Notes: generated from the letters alone by a model not told the origin. A stretch of DNA of 64,000 bases from Eledone cirrhosa (GCA_964016885.1 OZ024745.1:122946001-123010000), one strand, 5' to 3'; counted from the first letter of the stretch, positions 1 through 13,635 are shown. Translations and numbers: made by a program.

Positions 1-1819
1 AAATAAGAATTCAGTTGATTATAAAAAAAAGAAAGAAATGACAGCAAAAACTGGTTGATTAAAAAAATTGATGAAAAACTTCATCCCTGTAATGGCTACC
101 AAATATTAGACTATACTTTCTTTTAAATTACTGCTAAAATTGGAAATAATTGCAATTCAATTTATTGTTGATTGTCAGTATATAAATGTATTTTTAAAAT
201 AATACTTTCAATTAGAATGTTAATTTTTCTTAGCATTCGTAGAATTATCATGAGGGAAAAAGATACTTCAACCTATTTGCTTTCAACACTTCTATGAATT
301 GAATATTTCCTAAAATTACTGATCAAATTAATAATACAAACAAGAAAATTAGCTCAACATAGTTTCTATTTGGTTATGGATTGTTATTCAATCTATGAAT
401 AAATAAATTCATTGCCTAGAGTGGCTGTGAAAAAATAAGTGTAAATATTTTTCTTTATTCAGGGTTTATGATGGAATCATAGATTTGCAATGAGCTATAG
501 GGTGTCTAAGTGTTATCAAAGCAATTAGACATAATCTTTAATATATTTTCTTTGGAAAGGGATACAGATTAAGTAATAGGAGGAAATATGTGAGAATCAG
601 CATTTGATTGATATTGTTTATAAACTATTAACCCTTTATTACTATAATTCCAATGAAATACATTTTCTATGATTTTTAAATAATAAGGAAATTAATAAAA
701 AAAAAATTGGAAAGGGTATTGTAAAATAATTACCCTTTTCATTATTAAGCTGGAGTTTGCAACAGAAATTTATAAAGATTTTTACATAAAATTATGATGA
801 AAGATTTTAAAATAAATATAAACACTTTAAAACAAAAAGGGCAAATGTTCTGATATCAAGAAGCTTAAAACTTTCTCACTGTTACCAACAAATATCATGG
901 GAAATATTAAATCTAAGTTCTTCTTCATCTTCCTTGACACTTGAAATTATCATCTACTGTTCCATATTGTTGATAAAATCAAATTACATAAACTTCCTAT
1001 GAGTTATGTCTTCAGTTAGTTCTGTCATATTCCTTGCTATAACCCAACCTTATCTGATTTATAAACATTCATTCCTAACAGCTTCTTCAATCCTATATAT
1101 GATATCTGCCTTTATTCACAATTTAACATGCCAGTCTATTTATTTTCTATGTGATCATGGCATATTTTATTACCATATTGTGTGATTTAATGAATTCTAA
1201 ATTTTTGTTATATTACATCTTGATCTAGTGCATTAGGAAACTAAATGCCTATCTATTTATTTGGGTCATACTGAAATAAACTCTTCTTACATATAAATTC
1301 TCCTTTCTTGAGAAGCTACTTATAATGGCACTCATATGCTTGCTTTTATTGTAATTATTGACAACATGGTTGTCCATAGAAATGTATTTAGCTTTCTTCA
1401 ACAGAATATTGATTTGTTTCCTGAAAAATGTTATATAATTTAAAAATCTATTAATTATTTATCTACTAACATAACTTACTTGAGAATCTCACATGTTTTA
1501 TCATGCTCTTGAATAAACAAACCTATCCCCAAGTAATACACAAACTTAGAAGTTCTTCTTTCCCCCTTATTTCTTTCATGACTTATTTTCCCTTTATTTA
1601 TTGATTGATACTCCATGGAGAGTGAATTGGTAGCACATCCTTTTATCCAGATCTCTGTGAACCTTAGGTTCAATTCCCACTGTGATCTACTCTGCCTCTC
1701 ATCCTCTGAAGTTTGATAAATAAAGTAACAGAGAAAGGCATTGAATTAGTGAAATTGTTAGAGTATCAGAGGTGACAACTTGTTTGTTCTCCTTTAGCAG
1801 AATCAACATCAAAAACATG

Positions 1820-2012
1820 CTTGGACTGGCTCTTCTAGTGCATCTCCCTCACCATCCTATAGGGAAACGCCTTCTCTATTCTGTCCACCGGGGCTGGCCA
1901 GTGCATGGGCCCCCATTTGCTCACAATAGTGAGAGATCAGGAGAGAGCAGGAGAGACAGAGGCAGTGACAGTGAGAACTCAGTTTTCTTTTGTATTCAGA
2001 CCTGGTGTATAT
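1820..2012 (+). repeat. Unclassified dispersed repeat
   Basis: Homologous to 55887-56080 (GCCTTCTCTATTCTGTCCACC, GGGCCCCCATTTGCT, GACCTGGTGTATAT). Confidence 0.75.
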
Positions 2013-3842
2013 ATGTGTATAAATGGATGGCATCGTTGATACTGTATAACAGAACAACTTGCATTGAATACGATGCTGCACAATTATACTCTGCTAGGAT
2101 ACCTTTGGTACAAAACTGATACTCAAATACTAATAAATACTTCAGATTTAGTTTTAGTAGAACACTAGCAGAGTAATAAAAACTAGCATGATAATTAATG
2201 AGTAGTTCCATAGTTAAACATAAGTGATGATGATGATGATCATCATCATTTTACGTCTCCTAACCATGGATTGGATTGTCTGTCTCGATGTGAGATGAGA
2301 CAGGCCAGAGAAGCATATCTTGCTCATACATTCTCATGATTTCTATGGCTAGATACCCTTTATAATGCTAAATAAAAGATGTTTGGGGAACTAAGTATAT
2401 GGTAAGGCTGTACATAGGATTTACACTGCTCGGGTATCACAAAGAGTGTTCATTAGGGTTCAAGGGTTCCCAGTAGCTATATTTGTCTCCTACTCTCATA
2501 TTATCTAAGTGAAATACTGTGTCACCTTTCTATATAGTATACTATAAGAACTCTAGATTATCTGTTTTATTATGGAAAATCGGAGAAAATTGAATAAAAG
2601 CTGACTATTTTTGTTTAGTTTAACATCATCATCACTGCTTGGTGTTCATTTTTCCATGCTTGCATGGGTTAGACGGGTCGTCCATGCCGGGAGGAAAGTC
2701 TGGCCAGAGTTGGCCATGCTGCACCTTGTCCTGATGAGGATTGTAAATTTGGCCAGGTGTTTTAGAGCTAGATGCCCTTCATAACACCAACCACATTTAC
2801 AGAATATTAACATAATATCACTGATAAGTACTTATATTAAAATATCACATGACCAATGGTATATAAGCAAATTGATCAATGGAATAGCATGCTTATATAA
2901 TTAATATGCAAGTGGCTGAGCATTCCACAAACACGTGCAAACTAAAAGCATTGGACAGTGTATTTACATGTACAATTCATCCAATGAGCTTCAAAATAAT
3001 TTCTGTCTACCCAATTTTACTTGCAAGGCTTGAGTTAATCTGAGAGTATGGTAAATGACATTTGTCCAAGTTTCCAAGCCGTGGGATTGAACCTAGGACT
3101 GGATGTGAAGTAAAGTTTTTAACTATTTGGCCAGCACAAGTTAATGGATGTGTTTTGTAAGATATATGATTAATTATATTATTTATTTTGGTATTGCTAT
3201 AGTGCAGCAGTTTCCTTTGGTTATGTTTCCTAAGAAATCATCTTCTTAAGTACCAAATGACACAGCTGTTGACACATAGTCGACAGTAAGATAATGCTGC
3301 CTGACAATATTATGGTTTTAAGTCAGACCTGATTAAAAGACAACTGTCAATGTAGTGAGGTAATTCAAGCTTTACTTGTCAATGAAGTTGTTGCTATACT
3401 AGCCATCTAAGAAATGTCAAAGATTATTGTCACCATCATAATACTTCTGTAAAATTTCATATGTTAATAAGTAAAAATCTCAGAAGTGATGTCACATGGT
3501 ATTTACTCAGGTCCTTTGCCTTCTGAGTTCAAATCCCACAAGTTTAGTAAACCATCGCCCAGTGCTTAGGTCCCTCAAGCAAATGCCAGTCTATTGCAAA
3601 CATTCAAGCTGATGCCCTGAAAAGGGTGATTTATACTGCTCTTCTCTTCTCTTTTCACTAAGCAACATAAAAAAATGCACTTATATTTATCATGTGACAG
3701 CATAGGAGGTTTATTTTGATAATGATAATAAATGAATTTATAAGTAATAGAAGAACTTTTTAAAATATACTTTTTGATATAATTTTATTGTCACATTCAG
3801 GAAACTAATGATCTAGTGATGGAGGTGATCTAGTGATGGTTT

Positions 3843-4072
3843 TTAACCTTTTAGCATTTAAACCAGCCACATCCAGCCAGAATTCTCTTACCACTTTCTG
3901 TTCCAGCCAGCCATAAGCAGCTGCACATACTTATGTTAACGTATTGTTCTCAAAATAAATAATATAAAAAATCTCGGAGATTCGATATTATGTGAAATAA
4001 TTATGTGAAATAAAGTGTTTGCCGTGAAAATACAATAGTAAATATAGAGTAATGTAAATGCTAAAGGGTTAA
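3843..4072. mobile_element. piggyBac-type TTAA MITE (family P1)
   Basis: TTAA-CCTTTTAGCATTTA ... TAAATGCTAAAGGG-TTAA, with an internal sequence shared by ~10 other copies. Confidence 0.85.
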
Positions 4073-4280
4073 TACATTTAATTCCACAGCAATCAGAGTC
4101 CTTGATAGTCAGTTCAATAGGACATCTATCGAAGGAAAGAATGATAAATGTTGATTATTTCCCCCACAAAGAAGATGAGTTAACAAATATAAATTAATTA
4201 TAGTTACTAGGTATGATTATTTATTCATTTATCTTCATAAATAGTTGTCTATATTGAATCTAATTTGAAACACACACACT

Positions 4281-4317
<37 letters not shown>

Positions 4318-4570
4318 CATCATTATCATCATCGTTTAACGTCCATCTTCCACACTAGCATGGGTTAAACGGGAGTTATCCCAATTTGAGGGAAGATTGG
4401 TCGGGTGACCATGTCTCGTTCATATAGGACTATCTGGCAAGTTTTCTATGGCTGGATGCCTTTCCTAACACCAACCACATTTACAGTGTGGACTGGGAAC
4501 TTTTTACCGTGTTACCTACACAGCCACATTACAGCGTGGACTGTGTGTTTTTTGTCGTGACACCTATACG
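4318..4570 (-). mobile_element. 5'-truncated SINE with RTE tail
   Basis: (ATC)n-GTTTAACGTCC...CTAGCATGGGTTA...GCTGGATGCC. Similar pieces at 2625-2800(-), 25128-25185(+), 25293-25410(-), 25435-25603(+) and 52030-52345(+). Confidence 0.82.
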
Positions 4571-5559
4571 ATCTCGATCTCATTATCTCATTTATTTGGA
4601 CTGGATGTTGTGGAACCAACCTTACAGAGAGAGGGTGGTGTTGGTGGGAGTGGGAGGATGGAGTAGGGGTAGTGGATTGGGGTGTATATTTGGTTAAGAG
4701 GTGCCTACATATAATAATAATAGTAATAAATGAAAGATAAATACTTTATATCATCATTTTATTATACATATTTTGAAGATGTAAAGTTTTATGTATAACA
4801 TAATGCAGAACATGTCCTCTTCAGACAAAATACATAGGAGATGTATAACTTTTTTCATATGTTGATAGACAAATGAGGTGGACAATCGCTGATCACCAAC
4901 CATATGAACTTCACCACTTGTCTTACCTTTAAAATATCAGAATTTTATCCCAGTTTAATTGTTTTATCATTCTCATTTTATTGTATATATCCAGTGTAGA
5001 ATTGGTACACCATATCCTTGTTTAATATAAGAGATGACTAAAATGGTTGGTACTAGAAAGGGCATCTAACTGCAAAATATTGCTCCCCCAAAAAGACATG
5101 CCATGGGGCTCACAAGATTCACCGATACTTTAGCAAGGAAAATGGCCTTAAAATGTTTGTTGTTCATTTAATATTTGTACATCTGTTTGCATTTTATCAG
5201 TAACTCTCCCAAGTTTTTCTTAATATGTGCAGATTTGGCCTGGAATTCTCAGAACCATGAGATTGTAAAGCAAACTTTTTACCTTTACAGTCAAGCATTT
5301 ACAACCCTATCCCCTTCAAAACCCTTTCATTACAGTAATTCTAAGGAAAAGTGTTGTTTTAATCAATTAATGAAGAATTCAGGTGGTATTTACTAAAATT
5401 ATAATTTCGTTAAGATGGTATGTAACATGTCAAAACTGATACACTCTTCACTTTCCTAACATTTGTACACTATTCTGTGTACTATACATGCACCTTTGAT
5501 GATTGTAGTGCACCTGAGCACTATACAAAATAATTTTCATTATTATTTTATTATATACA

Positions 5560-5753
5560 AGGGCGGTGGATTGGCAGTATCAGTAGAGAGTCGGACGCCA
5601 TGCTTTCCAGCATTGTTACGTCCCTTTACAGTCTGAGTTCAAATCCCGCCGAGGTTGACTTTGCCTTTCATCCTTACGGGGTCGATAAAATAAAGTACCA
5701 GTAATGTACTGGGTAATTGCTGGCCTTGTGCCAAAAGTAGAAACAATTATTAT
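5560..5753 (+). mobile_element. Nin-domain SINE
   Basis: B box GAGTTCAAATCC, Nin-like GCCTTTCATCCTTACGGGGTCGATAAAATAAAGTACCAG, (ATT)n tail, flanking TTATTATTTTATTATA duplication. Confidence 0.88.
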
Positions 5754-6083
5754 TTTATTATACATAACAAAATATTCTTATCTAAAATTATATTGGAAGA
5801 TTTTAATTTAAGAAGGAACCCTTTAAAATAGGTGATTTTGTTTCAGAGAAACAGAGGCAGCTTTGGGAAAGTTTGTTATCAAAAGGGTTAATAAGGAATT
5901 GTCAGTGTGTCATCAAACACCCGCAAGACTACAGCAGTTAAGTACACATGTTCTTTATAAACCACAGTCATATTAATGACATGCATAAGCTGAACTGTCA
6001 GATAAGGCATTCAATAAAAATCACTAATAAGAAGCACAGAAAATAATAATAATAATAATAATAATAATAGCAATTTTATCTAT

Positions 6084-6186
<103 letters not shown>

Positions 6187-6737
6187 TATATATATATATA
6201 TGTGTGTGTATGTATAGCTAACTTAATCTGTTAATAGAAGCTCTGGCATTGAGCAATGTTTCGCTCTCGTTGACTCGTTTCTTTTTGTGAAACAAATAAA
6301 AGATACATTGATTTGGGTTTCTTTCATCAACAACCTTTAAGTGAAACATTTTCCTTTGTTTCTATCTTGCAGACTACCTCTTCTCCCCCTTTCTCCTTCC
6401 CCAGTCACTCCACTCACTTACTCTCACTTATCACTTTCTCTTTATCAACGTCTTTTTTCATGTCTATCTCTCTCTTTTTTCTGGCTCCTCATCAACTATC
6501 TTTATCTATGTATTTTGTCTATATTTTTTTTGTTTTCTTGAAATGTTTTTATAATTTATTCATTTATATTTATTTTGTTAAATTTCTTTGCAATAATACA
6601 ATTTTGTGAATATTTTTTTTTAATTTGATATATTTATATTTATTTATTTGTTAAGTTGTTTCTTTCAACACGAGCAAGCTAACCCATCTAGGTGAATGAA
6701 AACTGTAACTTAAAAGCCAGTGAAGAACAAAGTAACA

Positions 6738-6834
<97 letters not shown>

Positions 6835-6880
6835 TATATGTATATATAGATATATATAGATATAGATATATATATATGTG

Positions 6881-6939
<59 letters not shown>

Positions 6940-7366
6940 GAAGGCACATGGCTTAGTGGTTAGAGCATTGGGCTTGCAATCGAAAGGTTGTGAGTTCAAT
7001 TCTCGGACCGGGTGATGTGTTGTTTCCTTGAGCAAGACACTTTATTTCACATTGTTCCAGTTTACTCAGCTGTAGAAATGAGATGATAGGACTGGGGTCC
7101 CTATCATTCCACTGCAAAGTGGTCGTGGGAGTGTCACGGCAAAAAAGCATCCAGCCCACACTGTAAAGTGGATGTGTAGGCACCACAGAAAAAAAGCACC
7201 CAGCACTCACTGTAAATGAGGTTGGTGTTAGGAAGGGCATCCAGCTGTAGAAATCAAGCCAGAATCAGTTCTCGTATGAACAAGATATGGTCAGCCGACC
7301 GGACACTGCTCTCAACAGGACAACCTGTCTAACCCATGCTAGCGTGGAAGAACTGACGTAAAACGG

Positions 7367-7397
<31 letters not shown>
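6940..7397 (+). mobile_element. tRNA-derived CORE-like SINE with RTE-type (GAT)n tail
   Basis: A box TGGCTTAGTGG, B box GAGTTCAATTC, CORE-like TCCTTGAGCAAGACACTT, tail AACCCATGCTAGCGTGGAAG...(GAT)n. Confidence 0.88.
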
Positions 7398-7440
<43 letters not shown>

Positions 7441-7441
7441 A

Positions 7442-7540
7442 CAGGGTGTCCCAAAAAATTCATACACACTTCAACAGCGTTCTAATAAATATTGCCTGTA
7501 CAGGTAATGAAAGTGTGCACACATTTTTTGGGACACCCTG
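7442..7540. mobile_element. 99-bp maT/Tc1-type MITE
   Basis: 18-bp perfect TIR CAGGGTGTCCCAAAAAAT extending imperfectly to CACACTT. TA on the right flank, left flank altered. Confidence 0.8.
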
Positions 7541-7581
7541 TATAAATATATAACCAAAAGTTAAACAATATATATATATAT

Positions 7582-7632
<51 letters not shown>

Positions 7633-7771
7633 TATAGATAGATATATCATCCACATTATCCTCATCATCATCGTTTACCATTCGATGATATATATATATA
7701 TATTCAAAACTGACCCTGAACCGATAAGGTCTGGTTTCTTGGGTATGTCACTATTTATAAAACAAGTTTTG

Positions 7772-7832
7772 TATTTTATCTGATGAGGGCGTACCAACAT
7801 TTTGGTACCCTTGAAATATATATAATAAAATA
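7772..7832 (+). ncRNA. Minimal type I hammerhead ribozyme motif
   Basis: Stem I TATTTTAT/ATAAAATA, core CTGATGA (7780-7786), stem II gggcGTACCAA-catt-TTGGTACcctt, GAAA (7813-7816), short palindromic stem III ATATATAT, predicted cleavage after AUA at 7824. Confidence 0.7.
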
Positions 7833-8374
7833 AATATGGTTTTATGAATATAGTTTCCATTTATTAATATCATTGATATATTCTGTTCGTATGCCAACAT
7901 AAGAGCAAGAATGAAGTGTTTATTCTACTGACATGGCTTTAAAATTGAGGCTTGTTTGCAAAATTGCAAACGAATCGAATGATATTATTAATATTCGAAA
8001 AACTCAGATTACATTTATTGTATTCAGCCATGTAGAGCAAAATTTTCTTTTATAGATATATATACATCCTCATCATCATGTTATATCTATTCTCCATGAC
8101 AGCATAAGGGAGACAGCTCATTATGAACCAATGCAGTATTTAATCAGAGCAATTAACTTCCTCGATGGGTTGAGAGATATCTTACATAATGTATTCCATT
8201 TTGGGGATGATTTCTAAGATTGAGTGCCCTTCCTAATGAGAATCTCTTTACAGAGTGTACTGGGTGTAGAGCCAGACTTCCATCTGCTGAGGCCCCAAAC
8301 TATATGAAACTTGAGGCCTGTCTCTACAACAATTCGATTAAAACAATTTAAAATAATGTAAATGATAAATAATA

Positions 8375-8420
<46 letters not shown>

Positions 8421-8422
<2 letters not shown>

Positions 8423-9290
8423 TTGTCAACTGTTACAAGGGCAAAGGAGATGCTCTAGACAGAGAAAACTATAGAGGCATTACGTTGGTTGACCAGGTCA
8501 TGAAGGTCACAGAAAAAGTTATTGTGCTGCTGATTAGGGACCAATTTAACCTTGATGAAGTGCAATTTGAATTTGTGCCTGGCAAAAGTACCACAGATGC
8601 TCTCTTCCTCATGAGGCAACAACGCTAGAATGAACAATGAGTATAGTGAAGAAATGAGCATGCAGGTAGGTGTCCATCTGGGCTCCATCCTTGGCCCTCT
8701 CCTGTTTATTAATACAAGTAATAATGAAATTATTGTGTATAGTGCTCAGGTGCACTACAACTCATAAAAAACTGAAGGATCTCGAGGTTGACCAGAATCG
8801 AACGTTTGATCTCCTGTTCCCTAGTCTGGTGCATTAACCATTGAGCCATGGAAGAATTTAGGATTGGCTACCCATGATCCAACTCTCATAGCTGAATCTA
8901 TGGCAGAATTAGAGAAGAAATTCCAAACTAGGAAGCAAGGCCTAGAATCAAAAGGCCTTAAAGTTAACTCGGCAAAGACTAAGGTCCTAGTATGTAGAAA
9001 GGAAAATAGGGCCTAGGCTCGGTGTGCAGGAAAGGAGTAAGTAGAAATTCCATTCTATGTCCCAAATGCAAGCTATGGGTACATAAAAGATGTAGTGGGA
9101 TCACAGGCTGGTTATAAAAGAACATAGGTTTTATATGCAACCAATGCACAGGTGCAGTAAGTAGCAAGTGCCCACAAGATACTAGCTCCTTCAATTGCCC
9201 AGAAATAGTGGACAGTGTTTGTTACCTGGATGACCAAATTAGTAGTGGAGGTTTCCAAAATTACTGTAGCCAGAGTCAGAACAGAATGAC
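8421..9290 (+). mobile_element. RTE-clade LINE reverse transcriptase remnant
   Basis: Manual translation: CYKGKGDALDRENYRGITL, QFEFVPGKSTTDALF, VGVHLGSILGPLLF, LESKGLKVNSAKTKVL, CRKGVSRNSILCPKCKLWVHKRCSG. Deletions (YADD region lost) and a SINE insertion. Confidence 0.88.
8718..8850 (-). mobile_element. Short tRNA-derived SINE nested in the RTE remnant
   Basis: Minus strand has A box TGGCTCAATGG and B box GTTCGATTC, then the tail GTAGTGCACCTGAGCACTATACACAATAATTTCATTATTA also seen at ~5490-5545 and ~57068-57115. Confidence 0.7.
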
Positions 9291-9327
9291 TTAAACTTTT
9301 ACAATTGGTTAGTCACTACATTACAAT

Positions 9328-9394
<67 letters not shown>

Positions 9395-10638
9395 ATGTAT
9401 ATATACTCTTATTCTTGAACAACAGACAAGGAGACTACAACTAAAAGAAGAACTCAATACATGATACATGAAGAATCTGTTTATATTTTATTGATGAAAT
9501 AATACAATACAATAGTTTCAATACATCATTATAACTTAGCAAAGAACAGAATATATATACATCTTGTATATATTTCATTCATTGCAGACAAGGTTTTGAA
9601 AATATCTACAATTAAGCATATTTATGATAAAAAAACATTATAGCTTTGACTATATTGTCTTTTTTGACATAGCTTATCTCAGGCTATAAGATTCAGCTTA
9701 CTTTTTGTTTTATTTACAAAGATATTTTTTGTTTTATTTACAAAGATGATTTGAGATGTATTTATCTGATATTTTCAGCAGAGAGGGAAACCATGTAGCG
9801 GTTTTCCCATCGTCTCTGAATATTTTTGAAAGATGAGAAAAAAAAAAGAAAAAAATTAGACATGACAATAGTTTTGTGCTCTTGTCTGGTTTTGTTTCCT
9901 CGTAACTTTCTTAAAATTTTATATTTCTAAAACGAAATTTTGCACAGATAAATTTTTTGCAGACTATGATTGTTTTGATGAAATTTAATTTTCTTTTCTT
10001 ATCTTCTATTTTCCACAATCCAGAGAGAGTTTGAGAAATGACATTATGTTCAACAATAAAATCTGTTGCATTATATTCATTGATATATATTATCAATATG
10101 AAATTGGAAAGCAAGACCGAAAAATGTCCATTTAAGGTATTCATTAATGAAAGCATTACTGAACAAAACTATCCTATATTGAAATTATTTTAAAATATAC
10201 TTTTTTTAATTTTATCAATATAATCGTAATTTATAACTTGAAAATGTATCTGCAAAATTTTGTTAAAAAATATATATTATTAAGAAAGTGAAGAGGAAAC
10301 ATATATCCGCAGGCACTATAATTACATCACCAAAATAATCTTGGATGTAAAAACTAATCTATGAAAGAGTCTGAGTAATTGTAAACTTAAGAAAATTAAC
10401 AAAGGACAAGACAACAAAGAGTAATTACACCTATACACACACAAAGTTTTAATAAAAGAATGCCAGGTTAAAATCCAATCAGACAAACAGAGATTAATAC
10501 AAGACTTAAAACTTTTACGATATTTCTCATGGGTTTAAATTAATTTTGAAAATAATAAAAAAATCTGGAGAGAAGTTTTAAAAGAAACTAACGTTTTATT
10601 ATTAAACTGGCATTGGATCTAAGCGAGTAAATATATCA

Positions 10639-11081
10639 TCTATATATCTAAAACAGAAAATGTCTGTCTGTCTGTCTGTCTGACTCCCTAAAACTCGACA
10701 ACCTCCCAACCGATTGTTTTCAAACTTTACACATGTAATACTTGTGGTCCTGTGAGTGTTTTGAGAAAAAAGAAATTCAAATTTTCAATGCCCTAGGGAC
10801 CGCATTAGGCAATTTAGCGATCTCTCTTTATAATTCTTAGTCTTTCTTTTTAGATAGATACATAGCTACGACGTGGCGCCCTTATAATATCTGTCTGTAT
10901 GTCTGGCTGTCTGCATTACGACATTATGACGCTATATGTGTGTGTGTGTGTATATGTATATAACGTTTTTTCGAAATATTTACTTCTGTGTTCACGGATT
11001 GATTTTTTTTAGTTTCAGAAGATCCCGTTATGAGTGAAAGCAGCGATTCTTTGCTTAAACTTTAATCTGTTATTTTAATAA

Positions 11082-11112
<31 letters not shown>

Positions 11113-11269
11113 ATTATATATTCGTGTACAGATATTTTTGCATACAAAATAACAAAATATAAACACAAACCTATTTATTTCACGAGGCTCGATAAGGATA
11201 AATATATTTCAAATATACTGTATAAGAACCCTAGAGCAAATCCCGAGAAACGCCGGGCCATTCTGCTAG
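10639..11269 (+). mobile_element. Non-autonomous Helitron
   Basis: A|TCTATATATCTAAA 5' end, (GTCT)n near the 5' end, subterminal hairpin CCCG-agaaacgc-CGGG (11242-11257), 3' CTAG|T, no TSD. Confidence 0.8.
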
Positions 11270-11501
11270 TTTTTTTAATAAACATAGGTTATATAATTGT
11301 TTCTACTATATATATATATTGTTATACTTGGGGAGGGTCATATTGTTCTAATAATATTGGCAGAAATAATAACAGAACACACTCACTGTTTGGTTATATA
11401 TATACATTTATAATTTATATATATATGTATATATATATGTACATATACATATATACATATATATCATCATCATTATCATTTTACGTCCGCTTTTCCCTGC
11501 T

Positions 11502-11539
<38 letters not shown>

Positions 11540-11682
11540 TATAAACAAATATTGACATACTCGGAAAAAAAAGACAACCATAATGGTTGGCGCTTCCTGG
11601 GTATATATACAATAATATATATATATAGAGAGAGAGCGAGATAGATAGATAGATAGATAGATATACATATATATATATATAC

Positions 11683-11763
<81 letters not shown>

Positions 11764-12197
11764 AAGGTGGGGAAGAAGTGAAAATTCAACATCACTTTGA
11801 GGCCAAAAAAAAATGCAATTTATTTATGAGCAAGTATGCATGAAAGAAGTGAAAAGAAGAAAAGGAGAATATAGAAGAAGAAGGTGTAACAATATTATTG
11901 CATGTATTTGCATGTTTCTAATTGTGTTCTTGCTTTTTCTCTAGATTAATTATTTTTACTTTTAATCAAAAAATGGGTCCTCCTTTGGGATTGGAAAATA
12001 TGATAGAATTAGAACTTTGTCTGTCGTGGCAAGACTAACAAATCAGATGAGTGTAAAACTTTGTGTAGAAGATTAAATATAAGAACATTTTAGAGACATA
12101 TAGTAGATACATAAAGGGAAAAGAGATATGGAAATGTAAACACACACATATTTATTTAGACACAAACCACCCTACACAGTCACACATACATACACGC

Positions 12198-13330
12198 TCA
12201 GAAGGTGAAGTAGACAGACAGTCTCATAGAAGAAGAGGTAGATAAACAGTCTCACAGAAGGAGAGGTAGATAAACAGTCTCACAGAAGGAGAGGTAGATA
12301 GACAGTCTCACAGAAGGAGAGGTAGATAGACAGTCTCACAGAAGGAGAGGTAGATAGACAGTCTCACAGAAGGAGGGGTAGATAAACAGTCTCACAGAAG
12401 GAGGGGTAGATAAACAGTCTCACAGAAGGAGGGGTAGATAAACAGTCTCACAGAAGGAGAGGTAGATAGACAGTCTCACAGAAGGAGGGGTAGATAGACC
12501 TCACAGAAGGAGAGGTAGATAAACAGTCTCACAGAAGGAGAGGTAGACAGACAATCTCATAGAAGGAGGAGTAGACAGACAGTCTCACAAAAGGAGAGGT
12601 GGATAGACCTCACAGAAGGAGAGGTGAATAGACAGTCTCACAGAAGGAGAGGTAGACAGACAGTCTCACAGAAGGAGAGGTAGATAGATAGTCTCACAGT
12701 AGGAGAGGTAGATAGACAGTCTCACAGAAGGAGAGGTAGATAGACAATCTCACAGAAGGAGAGGTAGATAGACATTCTCACAGAAGGAGAGGTAGATAGA
12801 CCTCACAGAAGGAGAGGTAGATAGACCTCACAGAAGGAGAGGTAGACAGACCTCACAGAAGGAGAGGTAGATAGACAGTCTCACAGAAGGAGAGGTAGAT
12901 AGACCTCACAGAAGGAGAGGTAGATAGACCTCACAGAAGGAGAGGTAGATAGACAGTCTCACAGAAGGAGAGGTAGATAGACATTCTCACAGAAGAAGAG
13001 GTAGATAGACAGTCTCACAGAAGGAGAGGGAGATAGACCTCACAGAAGGAGAGGTAGATAGACCTCACAGAAGGAGAGGTAGACAGACAATCTCACAGAA
13101 GAAGAGGTAGACAGACAGTCTCACAGAAGGAGAGGTAGATAGACAGTCTCATAGAAGGAGAGGTAGATATATAGACTCACAGAAGGAGAGGTAGATAGAC
13201 ACACTCACACACATGCACACAGACACACAGAAGGAGAGGGAGATAGACACACACACAAAACGGTGGTGATGATGATGATGATGATGATGACACATACACA
13301 CACAGAAGGAGAGGTAGATAGGCAGTCTCA
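12198..13330 (+). repeat. 28/25-bp minisatellite
   Basis: Roughly 35 copies of AGTCTCACAGAAGGAGAGGTAGATAGAC, some lacking AGT; no unique spacers. Confidence 0.95.
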
Positions 13331-13635
13331 CACATAGACATAGACATAATACTAGAAATAAAAAATATATACACAAGACAATGGAGGAGACTATGTTTGT
13401 TACTTGATCTACTAGGAATAGCAACCAAACATTTCCTCGTATTGCAAATAAGAAAGACACATTCAGATGTTTACATGTATAACATAGTATGGACACATAA
13501 TTCCTAGTGGAGTTGTATGGACACCATAGAGTTATACAGCATTTCTTGGGTATTTTAAACCTGGCAGAGCCCATCCACCTCTAGAGATCTGAACGCAGCC
13601 AATTTCTTCCAGAGAAGTAAAAAGGATGATATAGA

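Noticed and set aside
6940-7015. tRNA gene
   Set aside because: Has A/B boxes but no complete cloverleaf, and continues into a SINE body repeated many times.
12198-13330. CRISPR-like array of ~28-bp repeats
   Set aside because: Units abut directly with no unique spacers, there are no cas genes, and the context is eukaryotic.
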